Assembly: GCA_963793265.1 (NCBI GenBank)
Contig: CAWBZI010000006.1
Coordinates: 736,001-800,000 of the forward strand
Reading direction: 5' to 3'
DNA: 64,000 nt
Source: an uncultured cyanobacterium
GTDB lineage: Bacteria; Cyanobacteriota; Cyanobacteriia; Phormidesmidales; Phormidesmidaceae
Part shown: positions 38,815 through 49,039 of the stretch, piece by piece
Layout: each line of letters opens with the position of its first letter
Position numbering within the stretch: position 1 is the first letter of the stretch
The notes under the pieces: generated by a model
Seen by the model: the letters and a program-made list of their open reading frames with translations, nothing else
What the model was told of the DNA's origin: nothing
Databases searched by the model: none
Made by a program: the position numbers and the translations under genes

Positions 38815-40203
38815 CTAGTTCATCCGGCCAACTTTAGTGGCTCTGTTAGCGCCCGAAGCCCGTTCCAGATCGCGCATACTCTTGCCGCGCCACATCAGTC
38901 GAATCGGCGTACCGTCATAGCCTAAGTTTTTACGAAACTGCTTTTCCATGTAGCGGCGATAGCTTTCGCCAAAGAGCTTAGGGTCGTTGACGAACAGGGC
39001 AAAAGAAGGGGGCTGCGATCGCACCTGAGTCCCGTAATAAATTCGCCCCTGCCGCCCTTGCCGTGTAGTCGGCGGCGTATGCCAGCTCACCGAATCTGCA
39101 ATCACTTCATTGACTACCGAAGTCGTCACCCGGCGGCGATGCTGCTCTACCGAGGCATCTACTGCATCTAAGATATTCGGCAACCGCTGCCCGGTCAGCG
39201 CGCTCACGTACAGCCGCTTTGCCCAGCCCAGAAAGTGCAGCTTCGCTTCAATCGTCTTATCAAACTCATAAATAGTGTGCGAATCCTTATCAATCGCATC
39301 CCACTTATTTACCACAATCACGCAGGCCCGGCCTTCTTCCTCAATTCGCCCCGCCAGCTTTTGATCCTGCTCCGTTACCCCGTCTAGTGCATCCACAACC
39401 AACAGCACCACGTCGGCTCGTTTAATCGCCTTAAAAGCACGGTTAATCCCAAAGAACTCTGGGCCAAAGTTCACATTTTTCTTCTTACGAATGCCCGCCG
39501 TATCAATCAGTCGGTAGCGCTTAAGATCGTCGCCCTCGCCACGGGTAACGACCATATCAATTGAGTCACGCGTCGTCCCTGAAATTGGGCTCACAATCGA
39601 CCGACTCTCACCGACAAAGGCATTCAGCATACTAGACTTACCCACGTTGGGCCGTCCTACAATCGCCACGCGATATTCTTCAATCTCTTCAATCTCATCA
39701 GTCGGCGGTAAATGCTCTACCAGTATGTCCAGCAGCTCGCCCGTACCGCTGCCGTGAATTGCTGACACCGGGTAGGGCTCACCGAGTCCTAGCTCCCAAA
39801 ACTGCGCCGCCTGAATCAAGCCTTCATCTGGCGACTCACACTTATTCACAGCCAGCAAAACCGGCACGCCCTGAGTGCGCAGCCAGCTTGCAATTTCCTG
39901 ATCGCCTTCGGTCGGGCCAAACTGCCCATCTACAACGAAAATAGCCGCAGACGCTTCAGTCAGCGCCGCCAGCGCTTGCTCGCGAATGAACGGTAAGAAT
40001 TCTGTATTGTCATCAAAAACCAGTCCGCCTGTGTCTACGACCAAAAAGTCGCGGTCTTTCCAAAAGGCAGGTTGATAGGTGCGATCGCGCGTCACCCCCG
40101 GCAGATCAAACACAATCGACTGCCGCCCGCCCGCCAACCGGTTCACCAGCGCCGACTTGCCCACATTAGGGCGACCAATAACAGCAACAATCGGAAGAAC
40201 CAT
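38815..40203 (-). CDS. der: Ribosome biogenesis GTPase Der (EngA)
   Basis: Two GRPNVGKS P-loops, DTGG / DTAG, NKCE / NKWD; ATG 40203. Confidence 0.96.
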   Translation of the reverse strand: MVLPIVAVIGRPNVGKSALVNRLAGGRQSIVFDLPGVTRDRTYQPAFWKDRDFLVVDTGGLVFDDNTEFLPFIREQALAALTEASAAIFVVDGQFGPTEGDQEIASWLRTQGVPVLLAVNKCESPDEGLIQAAQFWELGLGEPYPVSAIHGSGTGELLDILVEHLPPTDEIEEIEEYRVAIVGRPNVGKSSMLNAFVGESRSIVSPISGTTRDSIDMVVTRGEGDDLKRYRLIDTAGIRKKKNVNFGPEFFGINRAFKAIKRADVVLLVVDALDGVTEQDQKLAGRIEEEGRACVIVVNKWDAIDKDSHTIYEFDKTIEAKLHFLGWAKRLYVSALTGQRLPNILDAVDASVEQHRRRVTTSVVNEVIADSVSWHTPPTTRQGRQGRIYYGTQVRSQPPSFALFVNDPKLFGESYRRYMEKQFRKNLGYDGTPIRLMWRGKSMRDLERASGANRATKVGRMN

Positions 40204-40275
40204 AGCGAAACGGGCCTCAAAACCGAGGCGCTGCAAACGAAAGAATCATTGTAGCAACTCTACGGCAGCGTGAAG

Positions 40276-40989
40276 TCATAGCACCGCCTGAATCTCCGCC
40301 TTTGCCTCCTTCCTCAGCCCCGCCGATATCCGAAACAGCTCTTGCCCCGTATGCAAATAGCTATCGTCATACGTATAGGTAAACCGCTCAATCTCCTCGA
40401 TGCCGTCCTCAAGCTGATTTAGGCAGTAGTACAAATTCGCCGCCCCGCTTGCCACACCTGCCGGATTCGGCATTGATTTAAACTTCGCCTGAGCTTTTTC
40501 TAAAGACGCCCGGCACTCTTCTATATAGGTTTGAAAAACTTCCATCAATTCATCGTCAAACGGATCGGCTGACAGCGCTCTTACCTCAGCTTTTAACGGT
40601 TTGATGATCTTGCCAATCAGTCGATCGGTCGGTGTATATACGCTACGAAGCCACTGTTCAATAGTGGTGGTCGAAGCCGCATTGGCACGACGCTTACGAT
40701 ACTGGCCCTGCGCAGCGCTAGCGGCACTGGCGGCTCGGTGGGCGCGATCACTCACCGCCGTCTCTAGCTTTAGCCGCTGCGCCGCATCATACTCTCGCCG
40801 CTCAGTCGCATCGCCTAGCACCTCATACGCCGCATTCACCTGCGCAATCTTATCGTGACTCTTCTTCTGATCTTTGACACTATCTTGAGCGTCGGGGTGA
40901 AACTTTTTCGCCAGCTTTCGATAGGCTTGCTTCACCTGCTCCGGGCTAGCTGCAGACGAAATCTCTAGCGTTTTGTAATGGTCACTCAT
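40276..40989 (-). CDS. J-domain (DnaJ-type) protein
   Basis: N-terminal J domain with HPD motif. Confidence 0.9.
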   Translation of the reverse strand: MSDHYKTLEISSAASPEQVKQAYRKLAKKFHPDAQDSVKDQKKSHDKIAQVNAAYEVLGDATERREYDAAQRLKLETAVSDRAHRAASAASAAQGQYRKRRANAASTTTIEQWLRSVYTPTDRLIGKIIKPLKAEVRALSADPFDDELMEVFQTYIEECRASLEKAQAKFKSMPNPAGVASGAANLYYCLNQLEDGIEEIERFTYTYDDSYLHTGQELFRISAGLRKEAKAEIQAVL

Positions 40990-41047
40990 CAGCGCGAGGG
41001 TCGTTTAAAAAGGGCGTTTAGAACTTCCCTATTTTAACGTGCAAGAT

Positions 41048-41995
41048 CTACCCTACCGGCTCTGGATCTTGAAACAATGGCGTACTTAAGTAGCGCTCAC
41101 CAAAGCTCGGCTGGATCATCACAATCAGCTTTCCTTCATTTTCAGGGCGCTTGGCAAGTTTCACTGCCGCACATAGCGCCGCACCGCTAGAGATGCCTGA
41201 GAGAATGCCTTCTTCTTTGGCTAAGCGTCTGCCGTATGCGATCGCCTCATCATCTTTTACCGTCACTACCTCATCAATCAACCCTTGATTAAGCACCTTC
41301 GGCACAAACCCTGCACCAATCCCCTGAATCTTATGCGGCCCTGGCCGCCCACCCGAAAGCACCGAACTATTCACCGGCTCCACCGCCACTATCTGAAAGC
41401 TGGGCTTTCGTCGCTTCAGCACTTCACCGACCCCAGTAATTGTACCGCCCGTGCCTACACCCGCCACCAAAAAATCCACTTCCCCGTCCGTATCCTGCCA
41501 AATCTCCTCAGCCGTCGAACGCCGATGCACCTCTGGATTCGCCGGATTATCAAACTGTTGCAGCATATAGGCATCAGGCAGTCCTTCCACCATCTCTTGT
41601 GCTCGCTGAATGCAGCCGCTCATCCCCGACATCCCCGGCGTTAGCTCTAGCTTTGCGCCATAGGCTCGCAGCATGGCTCGCCGTTCACTGCTCATCGTCT
41701 CCGGCATCGTTAGCACTAGGTCATACCCTTTTGCCGCAGCGGCCATCGCTAGGGCAATCCCCGTATTTCCTGAAGTCGGCTCCACCAGCGTTGTCTTCCC
41801 TGGCGTTATATCGCCTGCCGCTTCTGCCGCCTCAATCATGCTAATGCCAATGCGATCCTTCACCGAAGCTGATGGATTCATTCCTTCCAGCTTCACCACA
41901 ATCTGCGCCACGCACCCTTCACTTTCAGGAATACGATGCAGCCGCACCATCGGCGTATGACCAATTAATTCAGTGACGTTGTTAGCAATTCTCAT
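41048..41995 (-). CDS. cysK: Cysteine synthase A
   Basis: [11 protein letters not shown] (PLP Lys), [22 protein letters not shown]. Confidence 0.96.
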   Translation of the reverse strand: MRIANNVTELIGHTPMVRLHRIPESEGCVAQIVVKLEGMNPSASVKDRIGISMIEAAEAAGDITPGKTTLVEPTSGNTGIALAMAAAAKGYDLVLTMPETMSSERRAMLRAYGAKLELTPGMSGMSGCIQRAQEMVEGLPDAYMLQQFDNPANPEVHRRSTAEEIWQDTDGEVDFLVAGVGTGGTITGVGEVLKRRKPSFQIVAVEPVNSSVLSGGRPGPHKIQGIGAGFVPKVLNQGLIDEVVTVKDDEAIAYGRRLAKEEGILSGISSGAALCAAVKLAKRPENEGKLIVMIQPSFGERYLSTPLFQDPEPVG

Positions 41996-42100
41996 AGCGC
42001 TCCTAACTCAAATATGGGTCGTAATCTATGACTTTCTAAATACTCTAAATATTGGGCTCTTTAATACGCGACTTCCAAACATCAAAGCGCAATGACAGAG

Positions 42101-42535
42101 CTATATGTAATACATCAAGTCCACCTGCTGGCGGGCATTTCGCTTATCTACCAAATCTTGCAGCGTGTACTTCTCTAGCACCCGTTCGGCACCCTGACGC
42201 ACCTCTTGCCACACCTCACAGACCACTGAGCCCTCAGTCGTTTTCGCAGGCTTCGTTTCCTTTGCCTTCGCTTCAAAGCCTTCGATACAGCTCACCACGT
42301 CTAGCAACGTTATTTTCCATGGCTCCCGTGTCAGCAAATAGCCACCTTTCGCACCGCGTTGACTCTTTACAAATCCAGCGCGCCGTAAAGTTGCCAAAAG
42401 CTGCTCCAGATAGCGATCGGGAATATTTTGCTCAGCGGCAATCTGACAAATTCGGTGCGGCTCGCCCTTGCTATAGTGCAAACTCAGCTCAATCAGTGCC
42501 AGCAGCGCATATTCACTTTTGCACGACAGTTCCAC
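42101..42535 (-). CDS. Rrf2 family transcriptional regulator, CymR-like
   Basis: YLEQLL, SQRGAKGGY winged helix; no IscR three-Cys motif; ends ...DLMYYI; directly upstream of cysK. Confidence 0.9.
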   Translation of the reverse strand: MELSCKSEYALLALIELSLHYSKGEPHRICQIAAEQNIPDRYLEQLLATLRRAGFVKSQRGAKGGYLLTREPWKITLLDVVSCIEGFEAKAKETKPAKTTEGSVVCEVWQEVRQGAERVLEKYTLQDLVDKRNARQQVDLMYYI

Positions 42536-42699
42536 AGGCTCCCTTAAAAACCGCTGTTCTACGGCAGATGGCTACGTTCTATTATATCCCGGTTCTACGG
42601 TGGAGATTGTCTGATTGTAGTGATTATTCACCCGTTGTTAAAACTGTAAAGTCTCTCGCACGGCTCCATACATATTGTCCGTATCGTTATCGTCGCCGT

Positions 42700-43185
42700 C
42701 ACTATTGGAATAAAATAAAACACATCATTTAGCTTCAGATTGCCGTCATTGCCACCGCCGCCACTGCTCGCCAAACCATTCTCTGTGTTCGCAAGCGTAC
42801 TGGTCGCATCCCCAGTTCGCAGGCTCAGCCGCAGAAGATCGCTACTCACAAAGCTCGTATCAAAGTTCAAAGTAGCCCGATACTCAAACGTCGCATCGGC
42901 TTCTGGCCCGTCAACCGTACTATCGCTACTAGCAGGCGTCGCGTCTGGGCTACCGTTGGGTGTATCAGCACTCAGGCTAGCGTTGCCAAAGGGCGTCACC
43001 AAATGCGTATCTATCTAGCCGCGTAGTTTCGTGGTCGTTGAAAATTGGATAACTTCTAGCTCAGCTACTCTAAGCTCCAAACCATCCGCATGTTGCCGCA
43101 TAGTCGATAGCTCAGCCGCAAACTCTCGTTGCAGTCGGACAGCATCATCGGAATAGCGATCCGGCTGAAGCTCACCGACACCTCC
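42700..43185 (-). pseudogene. Fragment of an SLH/OprB-type porin paralog
   Basis: RLQREFAAEL...QFSTTTKLRG*IDTHLV...EADATFEYRATLNFDTSF...DVFY aligns by eye to the adjacent porin; TAG at 43015-43017; no signal peptide, SLH core or C-terminal barrel. Confidence 0.85.
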
Positions 43186-43229
43186 TGTACAGAAATATTT
43201 GCGATGAAAAGGAAACAGGAAAGAAATAG

Positions 43230-43259
43230 AAAAAGGAGGGATATTACTCCCTCCTTTTC
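43230..43259 (-). terminator. Rho-independent terminator of the porin gene
   Basis: AAAAGGAGGGA / TCCCTCCTTTT inverted repeat with A/T tails on both sides. Confidence 0.8.
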
Positions 43260-43307
43260 AAAGTGCCTACGGCCCGAAGACCGTAAAAGCTAAGTTGTCA
43301 CCTTCAT

Positions 43308-44825
43308 TTAGAAGCTGAACGTAGCGCGTACAGCACCGTAGAAGTTGTCTTCTTCGCCAACACCAGTGTCGTTGTCAGCGTAGATTACAGCAGGCGTTAG
43401 CGTGAAGTACTCGTTCACAGCTAGCTTGTAGTATGCCTCAACCAATAGAGGGTCGCGGTCAATAGCAGGCGAAACACCGCCGTACACACCTAGCTCGTTA
43501 CCACCACCGAGGAAGTCGTTAATTGCAATACCACCCATATAGGAGTCAGCATCGCCGCCACCTTCAACACTGTTGTTTGCATAGTGGCCTGCAATCGTAA
43601 AGCGACCAAAGTTGAGCGCTAGCAAACCTGCAATCGTTTCATCTACTTCGCCTTCATCAGCATCTGTTGTACCGATGTAGGTAACAGCTGCATCAATGAA
43701 GCCATCGGTCAAGAAGTTAAGCTGCGCAATGTAGCTAGCATCGTTGAAAAGACCGCCGTCTTCAACGTTTTCGTTGGCATTGTCAGTCGCATAGCCGACG
43801 TCAAGCACAAGGTTGTTTGTGAAGGCAATATTAGCACCTGCACCAAACGAACCACCGCCTTCAAACAAGTCGTAGAACTCAGGGCCACCGGCATCAGCGA
43901 CGCTAGGGCCATCGAAAGGCACGATAGTGCTTGTTACAAAGTCATCAGTCACAACGCTGTTAGCTGCGATGATACCGCTGATGCGGTTGCCGATGGGGAA
44001 GCTGTAGAAAACATCATCTAGGCCAACGTTGTCTTCTGTGCCATCGAAACGGCCACTCTGGCTAGACAAACCACTCTCAGTGTTAGCCAAAGAGTTAGCA
44101 TCATCGGAAGCCTGCAATCGAATGCGCAGTCTGTCTTCACCTGTAAAGCTAGTATCAAAATTCAAACGAGCACGGTACTCAAAGGTAGCGTCTGCTTCGT
44201 CACCGCCAACATCACCGTCGCCAGCTTCAGCCGCTTCAGCGGGGCCGCCGTCAATTGCGCCATCGATATCAACTTCAGTCGCATCGTCAAACGGCACTAC
44301 CAAGTGAGCATCTAACTGACCACGTAGTTTGGTTGTCGTCGAGAACTGGTTGGCTTCTAGCTCAGCAACATCAGTCTCTAGCGTGTCTACACGACCACGA
44401 ATCGTGGCTAGCTCAGCAGCGAACTCTTCTTGCAAGCGGCGAATAGTATCTAAGTCGCCATCTTCACCGATGAGCTGGATTACCACGTCCAAACAAGCGT
44501 TCAAACCGGCAGCAAACTCATAGCGAGTCAAGGCGCGGTTGCCGCGATACGTACGGTCGGGGTAGCCTTCCAAGCAACCATACTCTTCAACCAAACGCTG
44601 AAGTGCAGTGAATGCCCAGTCGCTAGGCTGTACGTCAGATAGCTCAGATACGCTTGTAACTTGTGCAAGTTGAATGGGTTCTGCAACTACTACATCAGAG
44701 ACGGTAACGTCAGAAGCGGCTTCTACTTCAATCGCTTCTGCAGCGACTGCACTACCGGATACTGCAAATGCAACGCCGACAGCGGCTGGAGCTACGAGCA
44801 AAGCTTTCCAAATCATATTTGTCAT
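43308..44825 (-). CDS. Cyanobacterial outer-membrane porin (SLH + OprB-type barrel, SomA/B family)
   Basis: QVTSVSELSDVQPSDWAF, GYPD, TRYEFAAGLNAC, FSTTTKL, C-terminal FSF. Confidence 0.95.
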   Translation of the reverse strand: MTNMIWKALLVAPAAVGVAFAVSGSAVAAEAIEVEAASDVTVSDVVVAEPIQLAQVTSVSELSDVQPSDWAFTALQRLVEEYGCLEGYPDRTYRGNRALTRYEFAAGLNACLDVVIQLIGEDGDLDTIRRLQEEFAAELATIRGRVDTLETDVAELEANQFSTTTKLRGQLDAHLVVPFDDATEVDIDGAIDGGPAEAAEAGDGDVGGDEADATFEYRARLNFDTSFTGEDRLRIRLQASDDANSLANTESGLSSQSGRFDGTEDNVGLDDVFYSFPIGNRISGIIAANSVVTDDFVTSTIVPFDGPSVADAGGPEFYDLFEGGGSFGAGANIAFTNNLVLDVGYATDNANENVEDGGLFNDASYIAQLNFLTDGFIDAAVTYIGTTDADEGEVDETIAGLLALNFGRFTIAGHYANNSVEGGGDADSYMGGIAINDFLGGGNELGVYGGVSPAIDRDPLLVEAYYKLAVNEYFTLTPAVIYADNDTGVGEEDNFYGAVRATFSF

Positions 44826-44837
44826 TATCTTAGATTT

Positions 44838-44847
44838 CTCCTCACAC
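44838..44847 (-). promoter_or_regulatory. Porin ribosome-binding region complementary to the Yfr1 sRNA core
   Basis: mRNA reads GUGUGAGGAG 12 nt before the ATG; complementary to 10 of 11 nt of ACUCCUCACAC. Confidence 0.6.
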
Positions 44848-45261
44848 CTTAAATAGATAAAAAAGGCTCTTAGATGAATTAAAGCTCTTTAAGTGTGGTG
44901 TAACCCGAACCCGTAGACACTTTAAACAACTGGCCTCTCTATCAAGCTTTGAAAGGTAAATCACATTGAGCCTTGACGACTCAGAGCAATTTTCTCTCAA
45001 ACCTACGGAAGATGCTAGCAGATAGTTAATATGAATAGCTATACCGTAAGACAGTTTAAAGAAATGATTTAAACTGTCCCTAGAGCCTAGTATTGGGCCA
45101 CATTCCTGCATGAATACGGTTATTGATGACTAGAACTATCAGGTTTGCTGAACAGAAGATAGTCAAAGTTTAGAGTTGTCTAATGAAATGCTTACTATGT
45201 AGCGACGGTGGGCATTTCACTAGCTCAAACAAGTGATTTAGAAAGCACTGTCTAAGCCCTT

Positions 45262-45332
45262 TAAAAAACCATCCGCTCCTACCTATCCAGTAGCACTTGC
45301 AAAAAGCAAAAGCACCTTAGAGGTAGGAGCGG
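45262..45332 (-). terminator. Terminator-like hairpin closing the structured RNA
   Basis: CCGCTCCTACCT (45273-45284) / AGGTAGGAGCGG (45321-45332) followed on the minus strand by ATGGTTTTTT. Confidence 0.6.
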
Positions 45333-45562
45333 TCTGGTCGGGTCTTCAGGTTAAAACCAAACTGCCGGAAGGAAATCCAGAAGCCTAGCTTCAACATCTG
45401 ATGCTAAAGCTAGTTCTAGAGAACAGCCCCGGCGCGCAGCCGGTTTACATCAACCTGGAGACCCACGAATGTATCACTTACAGACATGGGCATCACCTCC
45501 TAATTCCCTAAACGATTGCATACTGAACCTGTCAGCAGCAACTGAGCGACTGTGCACTCACA
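45262..45562 (-). ncRNA. Putative ~300-nt structured RNA (possibly dual-function with a 23-codon ORF)
   Basis: Extended -10 TGCTATATT (45577-45569), nested helices forming a rod over 45340-45464, G-U pairs favour the minus strand, terminator at 45262-45332. Confidence 0.65.
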
Positions 45563-45602
45563 GAGGTAAATATAGCACGCCTTTCAAAGATGTGGTGTAG
45601 CC

Positions 45603-46565
45603 CTAGAAAGGAACTTTTTTCTTAGCAGACTTACCACTCTCGAAGTCTAGCTCCTTCAGCTTCTTCAAGATCCGCGTAAAGTATTCTTGTAAGTAGTCCT
45701 CTAGCGTCGTAATCTCACCTTTATCAATTTCAAATGTCTCGTACACCTCATCCATAGGTGCATCCATCACGTTGCCGCTAGCGCTCACCTCAGTGAAAGC
45801 AAGCCTATCGGCCAAGTCCCACGTCCATTCAAAGAAAGCAGCAATATTGCGCGCGCCTCTGAGTAGTGCAGGCGGCATCTGAGAAACGCTGGCTCGCTGC
45901 TCAGACAAGCGTTCGCACAGGCGGATAATTTCGTACGCACCCCAAGCTCTAGTACCAGCCAAGGGAAAGATTTTATTTTCAGCAGACGGCAGCTTGAGCG
46001 CCTTAACCGCAAACTTAGCAATATCCTGACTGTTCATGTATGCGACCGCACCCGCTTCGCCCATGACCCACACCGACTGCCGCTCCAAGATCGGAATAGC
46101 ATATTGACCCACTAATCCCTGCATAAAGCCGCAGGGTCTAAATATGGTGTAGTTCAGTCCAGATTCCTTCAAAAAGTCTTCAGTACACTTTTTAATTTCC
46201 ATCAAAGGCACTTTGGGATATTCGCCCGCGCCATAGATAGAGAAAAATATAAACCGCTCAACGCCAGCTTCTTTTGCCGCTTTGATCAATGCGACTTTAC
46301 CGTGCCAGTCCACATCATAGATGCCTTCTTTCTCAGCGGGCCTTGACGTAGACGCATCAATCACAGCATCAACGTCTTCAAAGCAAGGCGGCAAACTCAT
46401 AGGCCCAGTCAGATCGGCCTTTACAAGCTGAGCGCCCCACTCTCTTAAGAAGCTAGCTTTTTGAAAATTCCTAACTAAGCACTTCACCTCATAGCCTTCA
46501 TCTAAGGCCCGGCGAACGATTTGCCTGCCTAATGTGCCAGTTGCGCCAACGACTAATAAGACCAT
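45603..46565 (-). CDS. ycf39: Ycf39 atypical short-chain dehydrogenase (PSII assembly factor)
   Basis: GATGTLGRQI, VPLMEIK, GQYAIPILE, LEDYLQEYF; downstream of petM. Confidence 0.85.
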   Translation of the reverse strand: MVLLVVGATGTLGRQIVRRALDEGYEVKCLVRNFQKASFLREWGAQLVKADLTGPMSLPPCFEDVDAVIDASTSRPAEKEGIYDVDWHGKVALIKAAKEAGVERFIFFSIYGAGEYPKVPLMEIKKCTEDFLKESGLNYTIFRPCGFMQGLVGQYAIPILERQSVWVMGEAGAVAYMNSQDIAKFAVKALKLPSAENKIFPLAGTRAWGAYEIIRLCERLSEQRASVSQMPPALLRGARNIAAFFEWTWDLADRLAFTEVSASGNVMDAPMDEVYETFEIDKGEITTLEDYLQEYFTRILKKLKELDFESGKSAKKKVPF

Positions 46566-46701
46566 GAGGGGAAGGTAAACAAAACTTAATATATTTCTCA
46601 GTCTAGCATCAAGTCGTTGCAGCCGCGAGCCTACTAGCAGCGGATTATCAACAACTCAATGTCTGTATCAGAGGCTCTATGCCAATGACTTAAGCGCGGT
46701 T

Positions 46702-46806
46702 CTATTCTTCAGCGCCTTGAACTTTCAATAGCAAAAAGCCCACGCTCAATCCTACTAAAATCATGCCAAAAACCAATACAGCCGTTGTAAAAATTTCGCC
46801 GCCCAT
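46702..46806 (-). CDS. petM: Cytochrome b6f subunit 7 (below the ORF-track size cutoff)
   Basis: Manual translation MGGEIFTTAVLVFGMILVGLSVGFLLLKVQGAEE; RBS AGGAG upstream. Confidence 0.93.
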   Translation of the reverse strand: MGGEIFTTAVLVFGMILVGLSVGFLLLKVQGAEE

Positions 46807-47002
46807 CTCTCAAATAGCTCCTGCTTGTTGTGCCTGTGTGCCTTTAGTCAAGGTTTATTTTAGAGCGTTTTGGGCGCGCTGTCGGACTTTTCTACGGCGT
46901 TCCGTAGCACTACCCCCTTAAGCAACGTTTGGAGAAACATCTGGAGCAACCTCTTAAAATCAGAAAATAATAATTCACATTGCTAACCTTTCGTTTTGCC
47001 AT

Positions 47003-48091
47003 ATGCCACCTAGCGTTTCCACTTCCCTACGGCCCCGTTTGATCATGACACTGGGCGATCCATCAGGTATTGGCCCAGAAGTCGTCCTCAAAACGCTGAG
47101 CGATCCAAAGTTCGAGGCATCAGCAGATATTACGGTTATTGGCGATCGCACCCACCTAAACACCACCTACACCACACTCAAAGCCACTAATCCCCAAGCC
47201 CCGCTCAGAGATCCTGACAGCCTGACGATAATAGATATAGAGGCCCCCAAATCTGTCACGGCGGGTCTGATCAACGGTGTCGGCAACAGCAGCAGCGGTG
47301 AAATCAGCTTCCGAACACTGCAAAAGGCGATCGCACACACCAACGCAGGCGAATTTGACGGCATCGTCACGGCTCCTATCGCCAAATCAGCCTGGCTCGC
47401 CGCTGGTCACGCCTACCCCGGACAAACCGAACTACTCGCAGAAATGTCTGACACCTCAAAGTTCGGAATGCTGTTTGTGGCCCAGTCTCCGCACAACGGC
47501 TGGACGATGCGGACTTTGCTTGCCACCACGCATATTCCGCTCAAAGACGTGCCGGTTGCACTGACGCCAGATCTGATGACGCTAAAGCTAGAGCTATTGA
47601 TTGACTGCTTGCAAAGAGATTTTGGTTTGAGTGAGGCGAAAATTGCGATTGCTGGACTCAACCCACACAGCGGCGAACAGGGCCAGCTAGGCCGCGAAGA
47701 ACAGGACTGGCTGATTCCCTGGATGCAGCAGCAACAGCAGCGCTTTCCAGATATCAAATTAGAAGGGCCGACGCCCCCTGATACGCTTTGGGTAGCACCA
47801 GGTACGGCATGGCACAGCGACCAGCTAAGACCTGCACATGATGGATACCTAGCGCTCTATCACGATCAGGGGTTGATTCCAGTCAAGCTCCTGGCTTTCG
47901 ATTTAGCTGTGAATACCACTATTGGGCTACCGTTCGTACGCACCTCGCCCGATCACGGTACGGCCTTTAATATTGCGGGGCAGGGGATAGCGCGATCGCA
48001 AAGCACCGAAGCTGCCCTTAACCTAGCCATTCAGCTCACCACCCAGCGGCTATCCAGCGCTCAGAATAGCACTCAGAACAGCGCCAACTGA
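47003..48091 (+). CDS. pdxA: 4-hydroxythreonine-4-phosphate dehydrogenase
   Basis: [39 protein letters not shown]. Confidence 0.95.
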   Translation: MPPSVSTSLRPRLIMTLGDPSGIGPEVVLKTLSDPKFEASADITVIGDRTHLNTTYTTLKATNPQAPLRDPDSLTIIDIEAPKSVTAGLINGVGNSSSGEISFRTLQKAIAHTNAGEFDGIVTAPIAKSAWLAAGHAYPGQTELLAEMSDTSKFGMLFVAQSPHNGWTMRTLLATTHIPLKDVPVALTPDLMTLKLELLIDCLQRDFGLSEAKIAIAGLNPHSGEQGQLGREEQDWLIPWMQQQQQRFPDIKLEGPTPPDTLWVAPGTAWHSDQLRPAHDGYLALYHDQGLIPVKLLAFDLAVNTTIGLPFVRTSPDHGTAFNIAGQGIARSQSTEAALNLAIQLTTQRLSSAQNSTQNSAN

Positions 48092-48960
48092 TCTGGCGGC
48101 TGTGCTAATTCGTTCCAAGGAAGCAGGGGTACGGGTGCGTCAGCTTGCTCTAACTGGCTTTGAAAATGGCGAGCGATCTCAGGTGACTCTACCTCCATCG
48201 GGCAGTGGACAAAAAAGTAGACCTGCTTACCCGCCGATAGCCACTCCTTTACCTGAGTAACCCAGCCCGCCAAATAATCCTGATTACGCATCAGTCGTGG
48301 ATGGCTGATATAGCGAACAATCACGAAATCAGCCGTGACTACTGGCTGCAAAGGCACCTTCGGCTTGCGACGGGTGGAATGCCTTTGTGGATCGGCGTCT
48401 CCGTCTTGCTCGTGATCGTACATCGTTCGAGTATCTAGTAGCACACGGCCTACGCCCAGCCGCCTCAACATAGCAGCCAGCACTTCTGCTGGTTGCGGTT
48501 CAAACCAATCCAAATGCCGAACTTCTACAGCAATCGGAACATCCTGACGGGGCCAAGCAGTCAGAAACTTTTCAAGATCAGTGAGCGCAGCCGGGCTATA
48601 GCTAGGTGGCAACTGAGCCATCAGCGGCCCTAGCTTCGGCCCTAATCCTTGCACTAGCTCTAAAAAAGACAGCGCCGCTGGCAAATGGGCTATCAGTGGC
48701 CCTTCATGTGTTACTGTGCGCGGCAGCTTCAGACAAAATCGAAAATCGTCAGGCGTATTATTAAACCAACGTTTCACCATGTCAGCACTAGGTACTGAGT
48801 AAAAGGTCGTATTGCCCTCTACCGTGAGCAGGCGATCGCCATACAGCCGCAAAAAGCTAGCAGGCTGACTTTTCAAAGGATAAAAATTACCTACCCAATC
48901 CTTAAACGCCCACACCGCCAAACCCAGCCGGAACTGGGCCTCTTGATCTTTCATGCCCAT
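48073..48960 (-). CDS. DUF72 family protein
   Basis: [31 protein letters not shown] 48960 or 48954. Confidence 0.9.
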   Translation of the reverse strand: MGMKDQEAQFRLGLAVWAFKDWVGNFYPLKSQPASFLRLYGDRLLTVEGNTTFYSVPSADMVKRWFNNTPDDFRFCLKLPRTVTHEGPLIAHLPAALSFLELVQGLGPKLGPLMAQLPPSYSPAALTDLEKFLTAWPRQDVPIAVEVRHLDWFEPQPAEVLAAMLRRLGVGRVLLDTRTMYDHEQDGDADPQRHSTRRKPKVPLQPVVTADFVIVRYISHPRLMRNQDYLAGWVTQVKEWLSAGKQVYFFVHCPMEVESPEIARHFQSQLEQADAPVPLLPWNELAQPPDQLALF

Positions 48961-49039
48961 CCTTCCGTAGTTGCACCTGCTTAATATAGACAGGCGCATT
49001 ATAATTGTTCTTTTCACACAAAAATCACGCTGTCATCTT

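Noticed and set aside
42052..42732. 226-aa + strand ORF
   Set aside because: Antisense shadow of the Rrf2 gene with a TTG start and no motifs
43015..43017. Programmed stop-codon readthrough in the porin fragment
   Set aside because: The fragment also lacks a start, signal peptide and C-terminal barrel; a single C->T change explains the TAG
42700..44825. Diversity-generating retroelement template/variable repeat pair
   Set aside because: No reverse transcriptase in the window, and the differences include indels and are not adenine-specific
45262..45562. 6S RNA, tmRNA, RNase P or SRP RNA as the identity of the structured RNA
   Set aside because: No tRNA-like ends or tag peptide, no RNase P or SRP signature motifs, and no clear 6S central bubble; identity left open
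11452..46908. Recurring TTCTACGG/CCGTAG motif (11452-11481 hairpin, 42556, 42592, 43268, 46890)
   Set aside because: Too short, with inconsistent spacing and orientation, to call a family without genome-wide counts
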